A DNA stretch of 64,000 nucleotides from Phycicoccus sp. GTDB taxonomy: Bacteria > Actinomycetota > Actinomycetes > Actinomycetales > Dermatophilaceae. The notes under the pieces were generated by a model. That model had not been told where the DNA came from and made no database searches. It was given only the letters and a program-made list of their open reading frames with translations. The DNA is taken from assembly GCA_012927555.1 (NCBI GenBank), contig JABBOX010000232.1, forward strand, positions 7,886-71,885. Direction: 5' to 3'. Shown one piece after another: positions 1-12,140 of the stretch (its first letter is position 1; each line of letters starts with the position of its first letter). The position numbers and the translations under genes were made by a program.

Positions 1-6
1 CCTGCC

Positions 7-381
7 ATGACGCAATGCCTGACGACGGACGACCTGCTCGTTCTCGCCGAAGAGCTCGGTGGGCTGCAGGTGCGCGATTTCGGCTTGCTCGACTCAGCCG
101 CCCACCGACCGCAGGCGAAGGCGTTCGGCGACGATGCGTACCCGGATCTTGACACCAAAGCGGCTGTCCTGCTCGAGTCGATCGTCCGCAACCACCCACT
201 CGTCGACGGCAACAAGCGCCTCTCGTGGGTGGCCGTCGTGGTCTTCTACGGCCTCAACGGGCGGGTCCTGCGCGCGCCTGAGGATCCGGCATACGACCTG
301 GTCATCGGGGTCGCTGAGGGTCGACTCAACTATGCGGAGGTGGCCGCGCAGCTCGCCAGCTGGGCGGCTCCTCGGACCTAG
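7..381 (+). CDS. doc: Doc (death-on-curing) toxin, Fic/Doc family
   Basis: 124-aa ORF with the Doc-type Fic motif HPLVDGNKR. A Phd-type antitoxin would lie upstream, beyond the window edge. Confidence 0.8.
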   Translation: MTQCLTTDDLLVLAEELGGLQVRDFGLLDSAAHRPQAKAFGDDAYPDLDTKAAVLLESIVRNHPLVDGNKRLSWVAVVVFYGLNGRVLRAPEDPAYDLVIGVAEGRLNYAEVAAQLASWAAPRT

Positions 382-393
382 TGTGTGGGCAGC

Positions 394-3162
394 TCAGGCC
401 TTCTTGCTCGTAGCCTTCTTTGCAGCGGCCTTCTTGGCAGCGGTTTTCTTGGTCGCCGACTTCTTGGCCGTGCTCTTCTTGGCGGCGCGTTTGCGAGTCA
501 CCGGGCCGCGAGCACGTTTCTCCGCCAACAGCTCGGCGCCACGCTCGGGCGTGATGGTCTCGGGCTGGTCATCCTTGCGCAAGGTCGCGTTGGTCTCGCC
601 GTCGGTGACATAGGCGCCGAACCGGCCCTCCTTGACCACCATCGGCTTGCCTGACGCCGGGTCGTCGCCCAGCTCCTTGAGCGGAGCCGCGGCGGCCCGA
701 CCGCGCTGCTTGGGCTGGGCATAGATCGCCAGCGCTTCCTCGAGCGTGATGGTGAACAGCTGCGACTCGGTCTGGATGGAGCGCGAGTCGGTGCCCTTCT
801 TCAGGTAGGGACCGTAGCGACCGTTCTGGGCGGTGATCTCCTCGCCGTCAGCAGGGTCCTTGCCAAGGCTCCGCGGCAGGGTGAGCAGCTTCAGCGCCGC
901 CTCGATGTCGAGGGAGGCGAGGTCCATGTCCGCGAACAGGCTGGCGGTGCGCGGCTTGACCTTGGACTTGCCCTTGAGCGCAGCGACCTCCTCCGGAAGC
1001 ACCTCGGTGACATAGGGGCCGTAACGACCGGCCTTGGCCACGATGTCGCGCCCGGTCTCAGGGTCCTGCCCCAGGATCCGGCCGTCGTCGGCAGCCGCGT
1101 CGAGCAGCTCCCGGGCCTTGGCCGGCGACATCTCGTCGGGGGCGATGTCGTCGTTGATCGTGGCGCGGCGGGACTCACCGGTGGCGTCTTCGGCAGCCTC
1201 GCCGGTGCCAAGGTCGACCCCGGCCGGGGTGATCTCCTCGACGTAAGGGCCGTAACGACCGACCCTCACGACGATTCCCTCGCCGATCGGGATGGTGGAG
1301 ATCTCGCGGGCGTCAATCTCGCCGAGGTCCGCCACGAGGTGGCGCAGGCCTTCGAGCGAGCTGGCGTCGTCGCCGAAGTAGAAGCGCGTGAGCCACCCGA
1401 CCCGCTGCTCCTCGCCGTTGGCAATCCGGTCGAGGCCCTCCTCCATGGAGGCGGTGAAGTCGTAGTCGACCAGGTTGCCGAAGTGCTCCTCGAGCAACCG
1501 GGTCACGGCGAACGCCAGCCAGGTGGGGATCAGCGCGGAGCCGCGACTGTTGACGTAACCGCGATCCTGGATCGTGCCCATGATCGTCGCGTAGGTCGAC
1601 GGACGGCCAATCCCCTTCTCCTCCATGGACTTCACCAGCGTTGCTTCCGTATAGCGGGCCGGAGGCGTCGTCTCGTGCCCGTCCGCCGCCGCCCGGAGCA
1701 CATTGAGGGAGACCCCGACAGAGAGCTTCGGCAGTCGACGCTCCTCGTCGGCAGCCTGCGCGCGCGCAGTCGCATCGTCGTCACGGCCCTCTTCGTAGGC
1801 CGCCAGGAAGCCGCGGAACGTGATGACCGTGCCGCTGGCACTGAACTCAACAACGCGGGAACCCTCAGGGAGGGCAATGGTGGCGCCGAGCTTGACGGTG
1901 GCAGTGGATCCGCGGGCGTCAGCCATCTGCGAGGCAACCGTGCGCTTCCAGATCAGCTCGTAGAGGCCGAACTCCTCGCCACGCAGCTCGCCGGCCACCT
2001 GCGCGGGGGTGCGGAACCGGTCACCTGCCGGGCGGATCGCCTCGTGGGCCTCCTGGGCGTTCTTGACCTTCTTCTCATAGCGGCGAGGGGAGCCGGGGAC
2101 GTACTCCGCGCCATACATGTCTCGAGCCTGGCCGCGGGCCGCGGTCAGGGCGGCCTCCGACAGGGTGGTCGAGTCGGTTCGCATGTAGGTGATGTAGCCG
2201 TTCTCGTACAGACGCTGGGCCACTCGCATGGCGTTCTTGCTCGAGAGGTGCAGCTTGCGGCTTGCCTCCTGCTGCAGCGTCGATGTCGTGAAGGGCGCGT
2301 AGGGACGGCGGGTGTAGGGCTTCTCGGCAACGTCCGTGACCTTGACGTCACTGTTGTCCATGACTGCGTTGGCGATGAGGTTGGCTGTGCCCTCGTCGAG
2401 CCGAATCACGCTGTCGCCCTTGAGCATTCCGTCGTCACCGAAGTCCCGACCGGTGGCCACGCGCTTGCCGTCGACCAGACTCAGCCGGGCTGAGAAGCTT
2501 TGTGCCGCAGCGGCATCCGGAGCGAAGTCGCCCTCGACGTCCCAGTAGGACGCGCGACGGAAAGCCATCCGCTCACGCTCGCGCTCGACCACGATCCGCG
2601 TTGCGACGGACTGCACACGGCCAGCCGACAGGCCTTGACGCACCTTGCGCCACAGCACCGGCGAGACCTCGTACCCAAAGAGGCGGTCGAGGATACGGCG
2701 GGTCTCCTGGGCGTCCACCAGCCTGGTGTCGAGCTCACGAGTTTCGTTGACAGCGCGGACGATGGCCTCTTTGGTGATCTCGTGGAACACCATCCGACGC
2801 ACCGGCACCTTGGGCTTGAGCACCTCGAGCAAGTGCCATGCGATGGCCTCGCCCTCGCGGTCCTCATCAGTGGCCAGCAGGAGCTCGTCGGCATCCTTGA
2901 GCAGTCGCTTGAGCTCGGCCACCTTCTTGCGCTTGCCCGGGTCGACGACGTAGTAGGCCTCGAAACCGTTGTCCACGTCGACCGCGAACCGGCCGTAGGG
3001 ACCCTTCTTCATGTCCGCAGGCAGCTCGCTGGGGTTGGGCAGATCCCGAATATGTCCAACGCTGGCGTCGACGTCGTACCCCTTGCCGAGGAACTCGGCG
3101 ATCTTCTTGGCCTTTGCGGGTGACTCGACGATGACGAGCTTGCGTCCGGAGCTTGGTGCCAC
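394..3162 (-). CDS. topA: DNA topoisomerase I with Lys/Ala-rich C-terminal tail
   Basis: 922-aa ORF. N-terminal Toprim KLVIVESPAKAKKI and a GYITYMRTDS active-site Tyr region. Repeated GRYGPY C-terminal modules and a KKxAAKK tail typical of actinobacterial TopA. Confidence 0.97.
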   Translation of the reverse strand: MAPSSGRKLVIVESPAKAKKIAEFLGKGYDVDASVGHIRDLPNPSELPADMKKGPYGRFAVDVDNGFEAYYVVDPGKRKKVAELKRLLKDADELLLATDEDREGEAIAWHLLEVLKPKVPVRRMVFHEITKEAIVRAVNETRELDTRLVDAQETRRILDRLFGYEVSPVLWRKVRQGLSAGRVQSVATRIVVERERERMAFRRASYWDVEGDFAPDAAAAQSFSARLSLVDGKRVATGRDFGDDGMLKGDSVIRLDEGTANLIANAVMDNSDVKVTDVAEKPYTRRPYAPFTTSTLQQEASRKLHLSSKNAMRVAQRLYENGYITYMRTDSTTLSEAALTAARGQARDMYGAEYVPGSPRRYEKKVKNAQEAHEAIRPAGDRFRTPAQVAGELRGEEFGLYELIWKRTVASQMADARGSTATVKLGATIALPEGSRVVEFSASGTVITFRGFLAAYEEGRDDDATARAQAADEERRLPKLSVGVSLNVLRAAADGHETTPPARYTEATLVKSMEEKGIGRPSTYATIMGTIQDRGYVNSRGSALIPTWLAFAVTRLLEEHFGNLVDYDFTASMEEGLDRIANGEEQRVGWLTRFYFGDDASSLEGLRHLVADLGEIDAREISTIPIGEGIVVRVGRYGPYVEEITPAGVDLGTGEAAEDATGESRRATINDDIAPDEMSPAKARELLDAAADDGRILGQDPETGRDIVAKAGRYGPYVTEVLPEEVAALKGKSKVKPRTASLFADMDLASLDIEAALKLLTLPRSLGKDPADGEEITAQNGRYGPYLKKGTDSRSIQTESQLFTITLEEALAIYAQPKQRGRAAAAPLKELGDDPASGKPMVVKEGRFGAYVTDGETNATLRKDDQPETITPERGAELLAEKRARGPVTRKRAAKKSTAKKSATKKTAAKKAAAKKATSKKA

Positions 3163-3340
3163 GTTTCATCCTCAACTTCCCATCACCACGTGCAGCGGAT
3201 TCGTCGCTGCTCCGACATGGCAATGCGGATAGACGGTAACGCCTCCTGTCAAGTTCGCCCGAACCCGCGACAGCGGATGCGATCTGAATCACGTCAAACC
3301 GGGACAGTCGCCCGACAATGTAGTTGAATGTTGAACTTGT

Positions 3341-4171
3341 TTGTCGTACTGTCGAGCCATGACCTCGAGCGCCGACTCTCCAGCCAGCACCAGCCGGATG
3401 CCAGTCCTGTACCTCAGCCACGGCGCTCCCCCGCTCGCGGACGACAGACGGTGGACCGCAGAGCTCGCAGCCTGGTCAGCCGGCCTGCCCCGCCCGACCA
3501 ACATCTTGATGGTCTCGGCCCACTGGGAGGAAGCCCCTCTCGCTCTGTCGGCGACCACCACAGTCCCCCTCATTTACGACTTCTGGGGCTTCCCTCAGCG
3601 CTACTACGAGGTGACGTATGACGCGCCGGGCGCCCCCGCGCTCGCGGCTGACGTCGCCAAGCTGTTGCGCACGCCAGAGGTCCCCGTGCAGCACGACCCG
3701 GTTCGCGGCCTCGACCACGGCGCCTATGTGCCCCTCGTCGAGATGTTCCCAGAGGCCGACATCCCGGTCCTGCAGATTTCGATGCCGACCCTCGACCCCC
3801 AGAAGCTGTTCGAGATCGGCCGCAAGATCGCCCCTCTGCGGGACCAGGGGACCCTGATCGTCGGATCAGGCTTCACCACCCACAACTTGCGCTGGTTCAA
3901 CCCCTCGGCCAGTGCCGACGCCCATGCGCCCACCGCTTCCACGGAGTTCGACGCCTGGGCTCGCGAGGCCATGGCATCGGCCGACGTCGACTCGATCCTC
4001 GACTTCCTGCGCAAGGCGCCCGGCGCGCGCGAGGCCCACCCACGCACCGAGCACTTCGCCCCGCTGTTCGTCTCTCTCGGCGCTGCCTACGAGTCCGGTG
4101 ACCTCACGAGCCGCAGCGTCATCGACGGTTTCTGGTACGGCCTGTCCAAGCGGTCCTGGCAGTTCAACTGA
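3341..4171 (+). CDS. LigB-family extradiol ring-cleavage dioxygenase (4,5-DOPA dioxygenase-like)
   Basis: 276-aa ORF with LYLSHGAPP, SAHWE and GSGFTTHN motifs typical of YgiD/LigB class III dioxygenases. The start could instead be the ATG at 3359. Confidence 0.75.
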   Translation: MSYCRAMTSSADSPASTSRMPVLYLSHGAPPLADDRRWTAELAAWSAGLPRPTNILMVSAHWEEAPLALSATTTVPLIYDFWGFPQRYYEVTYDAPGAPALAADVAKLLRTPEVPVQHDPVRGLDHGAYVPLVEMFPEADIPVLQISMPTLDPQKLFEIGRKIAPLRDQGTLIVGSGFTTHNLRWFNPSASADAHAPTASTEFDAWAREAMASADVDSILDFLRKAPGAREAHPRTEHFAPLFVSLGAAYESGDLTSRSVIDGFWYGLSKRSWQFN

Positions 4172-4191
4172 CTGTGCTCACTTCAGGCCGG

Positions 4192-4256
4192 TTTGCTCAG
4201 TTGAGGCCGGTTTTCTCGCCCGATTTGTCGCCTGGCAGCGGCCTCAACTGAGCAAA
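4192..4256. repeat. Extragenic palindromic hairpin element, copy 1 (17-bp perfect stem)
   Basis: TTTGCTCAGTTGAGGCC (4192-4208) is the exact reverse complement of 4240-4256. It lies about 20 nt after the stop of the preceding + gene. A half-copy sits at 4175-4194 and a second full copy at 63345-63409. Confidence 0.8.
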
Positions 4257-4310
4257 GGTGCCAGGGAGTTGGGATCACACGCGCGTTGGCCCCGTGACAC
4301 AGTGCGGGTC

Positions 4311-4655
4311 ATGGACATCAAGACGCTGACCGACGAGGTCGAGCACATTTCGCGCGTATACGCCTCGCGTTTTGAGATCAACCGCGACGACACGTGGTTC
4401 CTGCTCAAACTGCAGGAAGAGGTCGGCGAGCTGACCCAGGCCCACCTGATGCGCACCGGTCAGGCCCGCACCAAGGGCATGACCGCCCAAGAGATCGACG
4501 AGGCGTTCCGCTCCGAAGCGGCTGACGTCCTTGCCCACACGCTGCTGCTGGCCCAGCACCACGGGATCGACCTCGAGGCCGAGATCGAACGCAAATGGCT
4601 GGTATGGCGCGACGCCTCACCCCGCCCATCGGACGTCCTGCCCCACGAGCAGTAG
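4311..4655 (+). CDS. MazG-like nucleotide pyrophosphohydrolase
   Basis: 114-aa reading from the internal ATG of track ORF 3912..4655. EEVGEL and EAADVL acidic motifs on a four-helix MazG pattern. The upstream part of the track ORF is Pro/Arg/Ser-rich overlap with the dioxygenase gene. Confidence 0.7.
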   Translation: MDIKTLTDEVEHISRVYASRFEINRDDTWFLLKLQEEVGELTQAHLMRTGQARTKGMTAQEIDEAFRSEAADVLAHTLLLAQHHGIDLEAEIERKWLVWRDASPRPSDVLPHEQ

Positions 4656-4918
4656 ACAGGGCAGGTTGACAGCAGGGCCGGCACGCTGACAGAGGGCCGT
4701 TGGGCGCACGGATCGGACGTCGCTTGGCTGGTTTCCATCACCCGTGGCGCCACATCGACCGCCAAGGGTGATGGAAACCCGCCAGCGGGCAGAAGGCATA
4801 CGGAAGCTGGCGAAAAGGCCGGTGGCCGGCCACCTCCGAGGAGATGACCGGCCACCAGGGCGCTGTCCCGGCGGGTATGCCGGGTGTTTCAGTCTGCTGT
4901 CGCTGTTTCAGTCTGCGG

Positions 4919-7351
<2,433 letters not shown>

Positions 7352-7531
7352 TCAATCCTCCTGAGGACATGGGAAATCGCAGGGCATGGGAAATCGAACT
7401 CGACACGTTGCGACCGACGGAATCACACGGCAGGTAGCCAACTGGCCCCCTCGTGACGCACCTCACACCCGCCGGGGCAGGTGTGGTTGGCCGACATTCT
7501 AGAGCATCAAGATCTGGGGTGTCCCCCGGGC

Positions 7532-7873
7532 TCAGACGGTGGCCGCCAGAGCGTCGTCAACGGACCCGAAGATATGGAACACCTTGTCGAGCCCGGTGAT
7601 CGAGAAGACCTTCAGGATGCGCTCACTCGAGCACACCAGCCGGAGCGTGCCGTTCGTGACCCTCACGAGCTTGAGGCGCCCGACGAGGACACCAAGACCG
7701 GTCGAGTCCATGAACGAGACGTTCTCAAGATCGATCACCAGATGGTGACGGCCCGCCGAGATGTGCTCATCAAGTCGCTCGCGCAGCACTGGCGCGGTGT
7801 AGACGTCGATCTCGCCACCAACGTGAACGACCGTCACGTCATCGCGGACGTCGCTGGAGATCGACAGGTCCAC
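7532..7873 (-). CDS. Anti-sigma factor antagonist (STAS domain)
   Basis: 113-aa ORF with the SpoIIAA/RsbV-like pattern [12 protein letters not shown]...[19 protein letters not shown], including the phosphorylatable Ser context. Confidence 0.85.
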   Translation of the reverse strand: MDLSISSDVRDDVTVVHVGGEIDVYTAPVLRERLDEHISAGRHHLVIDLENVSFMDSTGLGVLVGRLKLVRVTNGTLRLVCSSERILKVFSITGLDKVFHIFGSVDDALAATV

Positions 7874-7962
7874 CTGGTGCTCCTCATCATTCCGTGGGCC
7901 GAGATCGGCTGCACGAGCACCACACTAAACCGAGCGGGCATCGACGGCATAGCGTTTGGACG

Positions 7963-10347
7963 ATGCACAGCGAGCCTCCCCCCGCAACCGGAAGGGTCTT
8001 CGACCCTGCGGAGGTGTTGTCACGCCTGTCCAGTGGGTCGCACAGGGAACGGCTGGTGCACGTCCACGAGGTGCCCGCTCGCCAGGAACAGGTCGTCCCC
8101 TGGCCCGATTGGGTTGCCCCGGCTGTCTATTCAGCCTTCAGCACGTCCGGGATAACACAACTGTGGTCTCATCAGCGCGAGGCCGCAGACCTGGCCCATG
8201 ATGGGTCGCACGTCGTCATCTCGACAGGCACTGCGTCTGGCAAGAGCATCGGCTTTCTCCTGCCCGTGCTCTCCGCCCTCGTCGATGGTGCCGTTGCCCC
8301 CTCCGGCCGGGGAGCGACCGCGCTCTATCTGAGCCCGACCAAAGCTCTTGCGGCCGACCAGATGGCTCGCCTCACGGCCCTGGCCATCCCCGGCCTTCGA
8401 GCCGCAACCTACGACGGCGACACCCCGACGGACGAACGCCGCTGGATCCGCGACCACAGCCAGTACGTCCTGACCAACCCCGACCTCATACATCACTCGT
8501 TGCTTCCCGGCCACCAGCGATGGGCTCCGTTCCTTCGTGCGCTGAACTACGTCGTGATCGACGAATGTCATGTCTACCGAGGGGTGTTCGGATCGCATCT
8601 GGCGGCATTGATGCGCCGACTTCGGCGAGTGGCAGCGCTCTATGGAGCCTCCCCCACCTTCATCCTCGCCAGCGCCACGGTGGCTGATCCTGAGACCCAG
8701 GCCAGTGCCCTGATCGGTATGCCGGTCCGGCCCGTCACTCTCGACGGCTCGCCACGGGAGTCGATGACGTTTGGTCTGTGGGAGCCAGGCCTCGTCATCG
8801 GTACTAGCGGTGGCGGTTCTGACGGCGGCAGCGGCGGCGATGGCAGCGGCGAGACGGTCGAGGCGCCACATCGGCGCAGCGCCGTTGCCGAGACCGCTGA
8901 CCTGCTGGCCGACCTCGTGGCCGCCGGGGTACAGACCGTGGCGTTCGCCCGGTCCCGGGCCGGGGTCGAGACGGTTGCCGCCAGCGCTCGTCGGTCACTC
9001 AGCCACGTGGACGCCGCCCTGGGACCCACCGTCGCGGCCTACCGCGGCGGATACCTCCCGGAAGAACGGCGTGAGCTGGAGCAACAGCTTCGCTCTGGTG
9101 CTCTGCGCGGCCTGGCGGCGACGAATGCGCTGGAGCTGGGCATCGACGTGAGCGGACTGGACGCGGTCCTGCTTGCGGGCTGGCCGGGGACCCGGGCTTC
9201 TTTGTGGCAACAGGCGGGCCGGGCTGGACGCACAGGGTCTCGCTCACTGGCGATCTTGGTCGCCGGCGACGACCCGTTGGACACGTATCTGGTCCACCAT
9301 CCGGCAGCATTGTTCGACCAGCCGGTGGAGGCCGCGGTCCTCGACCCGCACAACCCCTACGTCCTCGCGCCTCATCTGGCCGCCGCCGCCGCCGAGCTTC
9401 CCCTCACCGAGGCCGACGCGCAGGTCTTCGGACCGACCATGATCGGTCTACTCGAGATCCTTGTGGCCCGAAACGTGCTGCGGCGACGGCGGGGAGGGTG
9501 GTTCTGGACGCGATCCGAACGGGCCACTGACCATGTGCCGCTGCGTGGGACGGGCGAGACCGTGAGCATCGTCGAGCGGTCGACGGGACGCGTGCTCGGC
9601 ACGGTCGATGGGGCGGCCGCCCACTCCGGCGTCCACACCGGGGCCGTCTACGTGCACCAGGGCCAGACGTACGTGGTCGCCCACTTTGACGTTGAGGACT
9701 CGCTCGCGGCCGTCGTGGCCGGCGATCCCGGATGGTCCACGCACGCGCGGTCCCTGAGCGGGTTCGACATCAGCAGTGTCGAGCAGTCGCAGGACTGGGG
9801 GCCGGTCGAACTGTGTTTCGGCAGCGTCGACGTGCGCTCACAGGTGACTTCCTTCCTGCGGATCCGGCCCGGCGGGGAGGTCCTGGGCGAACACCTCCTC
9901 GACCTGCCGGAGCGCACGCTGCACACCAAGGCGGTGTGGTGGACCATGACCGAGGAGATGTTGGACGAGGCGGGAATCGCCGAGCCTGACATCCCGGGGG
10001 CGGCTCACGCTGCCGAACACGCTGCCATCGGCATGTTGCCCCTGGTGGCCACGTCGGATCGCTGGGACATCGGCGGCGTCTCGACGGCGCTTCACCCCGA
10101 CACTGGCCGTCCGACGATCCTGGTCTACGACGGGCATCCGGGTGGGGCGGGGTTCGCCGAACGAGGGTTCCGTGCCGCCACCATCTGGCTCACGGCGACG
10201 CGGGACGCGATCCTGGCGTGCGAGTGCTCGGGCGGGTGCCCGTCGTGCGTGCAGTCGCCGAAATGCGGCAATGGTAACGAGCCCTTGGACAAGGTGGGCG
10301 CTGTCGCGTTGTTGACGGCCGTTCTCGCGGGTTCGCCTGGGGCGTAG
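7963..10347 (+). CDS. DEAD/DEAH (DECH) box helicase with C-terminal DUF1998/MrfA-type Zn-binding domain
   Basis: Walker A STGTASGKS, motif II VIDECH, motif VI QQAGRAGR. C-terminal CECSGGCPSCVQSPKCGNGNEPLDK. Start set at the ATG at 7963 because the track start at 7894 lies only ~20 bp from the start of the divergent STAS gene (7873), leaving almost no promoter space. Confidence 0.9.
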   Translation: MHSEPPPATGRVFDPAEVLSRLSSGSHRERLVHVHEVPARQEQVVPWPDWVAPAVYSAFSTSGITQLWSHQREAADLAHDGSHVVISTGTASGKSIGFLLPVLSALVDGAVAPSGRGATALYLSPTKALAADQMARLTALAIPGLRAATYDGDTPTDERRWIRDHSQYVLTNPDLIHHSLLPGHQRWAPFLRALNYVVIDECHVYRGVFGSHLAALMRRLRRVAALYGASPTFILASATVADPETQASALIGMPVRPVTLDGSPRESMTFGLWEPGLVIGTSGGGSDGGSGGDGSGETVEAPHRRSAVAETADLLADLVAAGVQTVAFARSRAGVETVAASARRSLSHVDAALGPTVAAYRGGYLPEERRELEQQLRSGALRGLAATNALELGIDVSGLDAVLLAGWPGTRASLWQQAGRAGRTGSRSLAILVAGDDPLDTYLVHHPAALFDQPVEAAVLDPHNPYVLAPHLAAAAAELPLTEADAQVFGPTMIGLLEILVARNVLRRRRGGWFWTRSERATDHVPLRGTGETVSIVERSTGRVLGTVDGAAAHSGVHTGAVYVHQGQTYVVAHFDVEDSLAAVVAGDPGWSTHARSLSGFDISSVEQSQDWGPVELCFGSVDVRSQVTSFLRIRPGGEVLGEHLLDLPERTLHTKAVWWTMTEEMLDEAGIAEPDIPGAAHAAEHAAIGMLPLVATSDRWDIGGVSTALHPDTGRPTILVYDGHPGGAGFAERGFRAATIWLTATRDAILACECSGGCPSCVQSPKCGNGNEPLDKVGAVALLTAVLAGSPGA

Positions 10348-10455
10348 CCAGGACGGTCAGACCTCTCGAACCGGGAGAGTTAACCGGGCCTGCGTAGGAT
10401 TGGCGCCGGTGACCACGAGGTCACCAAGAGCTGATGAGTCCTGGAGGCTTCACCC

Positions 10456-10863
10456 ATGATCGTGCTCGGTCTTCTGCTGATCTTGGCCGCTGTGGGCGCC
10501 ACCGTGTTTGCTGTGACGGCCCCGTCGGCCGCCGCTCAGACGATCGAGGTGTCCGCCCTCGGCTTCACGATCTCGGCCTCGCCTCTGGCCATGTTCATTG
10601 CCGGCGCCCTGTCCGTCATCCTGATCGGCCTCGGCTTTGCCCTGATCAACCGTGGCGCGCGTCGCAAGGCAAGCTCGCGCAAAGAGCTCCGTGAGCTGCG
10701 CAAGGGACAAGCCGATGCGGCAGCAAGCCCGGCCGCAGAGGCAGGCCAGCACTCGAGCCGCCATCGTCTTCAGAAGGACGGCGCCACGGGGAGCGACACG
10801 GACACCAAGAACGAGACCGGCACCCACACCAGCAGCGAGAGCGGCACCGAGTCCTCGGACTGA
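10456..10863 (+). CDS. Small membrane protein, unknown function
   Basis: 135-aa ORF with two hydrophobic helices and then a charged, low-complexity Ser/Thr/Asp tail. No recognisable motif. Confidence 0.45.
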   Translation: MIVLGLLLILAAVGATVFAVTAPSAAAQTIEVSALGFTISASPLAMFIAGALSVILIGLGFALINRGARRKASSRKELRELRKGQADAAASPAAEAGQHSSRHRLQKDGATGSDTDTKNETGTHTSSESGTESSD

Positions 10864-10888
10864 AACGCGTGGGGAGCCGGCCCGATGT

Positions 10889-11341
10889 TCACCTACCGCT
10901 CGAGTCAGGGCCGGCTCGTGACCTGGCTGTGGCGACGCCCACGCCCTTGATGCCTGCGTTGACGACAACACTGAGCCGCACGTCCGTTGCGGCTGTGATG
11001 CACTGCTGCAACTTGGCGTGATTGACCGAAGCAACCTCAGCCCCAGCCGCACAGGCCGCCCCGGCTGGTTCGCCCCGCATCAGCATGCCCGAGACGGCGA
11101 GCGCTGCAAGGTCCGCTGCGGCTCGGGCGCGATGACTTGCCAGAACCGCGCTGGCCAGAACGAGCCCTGAGATCGTCAGAAGCAGCACTGCTCCGATGAC
11201 GCCGAGCATGACTACGGTGACCGATCCACGATCGGTCCGGTGGCGTCCAATGCCCGGGGCGGGTGCCGGAACCGGCAGCTCTGTGACCGCAGCACCCCGC
11301 ATCACCACATTGCTGTTCGTCACCACTGCCCTCCGCGTCAC
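10889..11341 (-). CDS. TadE-like protein (Rv3654c-type, helicase/secretion neighbourhood)
   Basis: Hydrophobic N-terminal segment GSVTVVMLGVIGAVLLLTISGLVLASAV followed by an AAADLAALA...GA.AC region typical of this family. A GTGA start/stop overlap with the upstream gene is proposed; the start is uncertain. Confidence 0.65.
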   Translation of the reverse strand: MTRRAVVTNSNVVMRGAAVTELPVPAPAPGIGRHRTDRGSVTVVMLGVIGAVLLLTISGLVLASAVLASHRARAAADLAALAVSGMLMRGEPAGAACAAGAEVASVNHAKLQQCITAATDVRLSVVVNAGIKGVGVATARSRAGPDSSGR

Positions 11342-11676
11342 CCCTGCCCATCTGACGGTTCGAGGACTGCGGTCGCGGTCGAGCTCGCACGAAGCAACGT
11401 GGGGAGCAGAGTCGCAGCCACGTGAGGTCGCGAGACGACCGAGACCCGGACGAGGTCGCCCGTTGCGCTCATGGAGACCTCGGCGCCCGAAGGGGCCGCA
11501 CGACTGGCAACCAGGATCACTGCCTGGGCTGTGTCGCCCCGAGATGCGGCGCGGGCCCCGGCCCGGGCCGCATCGACACATCGGATCTGATCCCAAGCCA
11601 GCCCCAACGCTCCCAACGACAGGGCCAGCACCAGGACGACTGCTGGTAGCACGACGGCGAACTCGGCCGTGGCCAT
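11338..11676 (-). CDS. TadE family pilus-assembly protein
   Basis: 113 codons from an internal ATG. The N-terminus MATAEFAVVLPAVVLVLAL is the TadE/pseudopilin signature. Confidence 0.7.
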   Translation of the reverse strand: MATAEFAVVLPAVVLVLALSLGALGLAWDQIRCVDAARAGARAASRGDTAQAVILVASRAAPSGAEVSMSATGDLVRVSVVSRPHVAATLLPTLLRASSTATAVLEPSDGQG

Positions 11677-11780
11677 GCCGCGCTCTCTGGTTCCCCGTGA
11701 CCGGCTCGCGAAGTGACGCCAGCGGCCGCGATGGGCTCCACGCAGAGGCCGACGACCGGGCGGACGACGCAGCCTCTGCA

Positions 11781-11888
11781 TCAGGCGGCGATCGAGAGTG
11801 CCGAAGTGATCAGCTCGGTCAGGGCGTCCCTGATCGAGCCAGAGCGCACGACCGCCATCAGCACTGCCGCGAAAGCGCAGGCCGCGAG
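11781..11888 (-). pseudogene. 3' fragment of split DUF4244 (Flp-like pilin) gene
   Basis: The minus strand reads LAACAFAAVLMAVVRSGSIRDALTELITSALSIAA-stop with no start codon and a TAA three codons upstream. It continues in frame from the 5' fragment at 49945-50055. Confidence 0.85.
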
Positions 11889-12140
11889 CGTTCCCTGTTA
11901 GTCGCCCACTCGTCCATCGCAAGCGCTATCCCGACCTACCGCGGGATGACCGCCAGCAGTCCCTTGCCGGCCTTTGGGGGGTATGAGCGAATGGCAGAGG
12001 CGACTCCCACAAATTGGCGAGGTGCGGGTTCGGGTGATGTTTCGGGATCACGCGGATCCCAAAGTCCTCACCAAGCTGATCGAAGCCCTGTTGCCCTCCG
12101 AGCAGCGGATTCAGTCACCGAAGGTAGACATCAAGGCCTC

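Noticed and set aside
1339-2493. 384-aa + strand ORF inside topA
   Set aside because: It is antisense to an unambiguous topoisomerase I gene. Its Gly/Arg/Val/Leu-rich composition is typical of shadow ORFs in high-GC DNA.
11196-12140. 315-codon N-terminal extension of the serine recombinase ORF in the track
   Set aside because: It runs antisense through the TadE-like genes and across the island junction and is Pro/Arg-rich. The resolvase catalytic domain begins right after the GTG at 12141.
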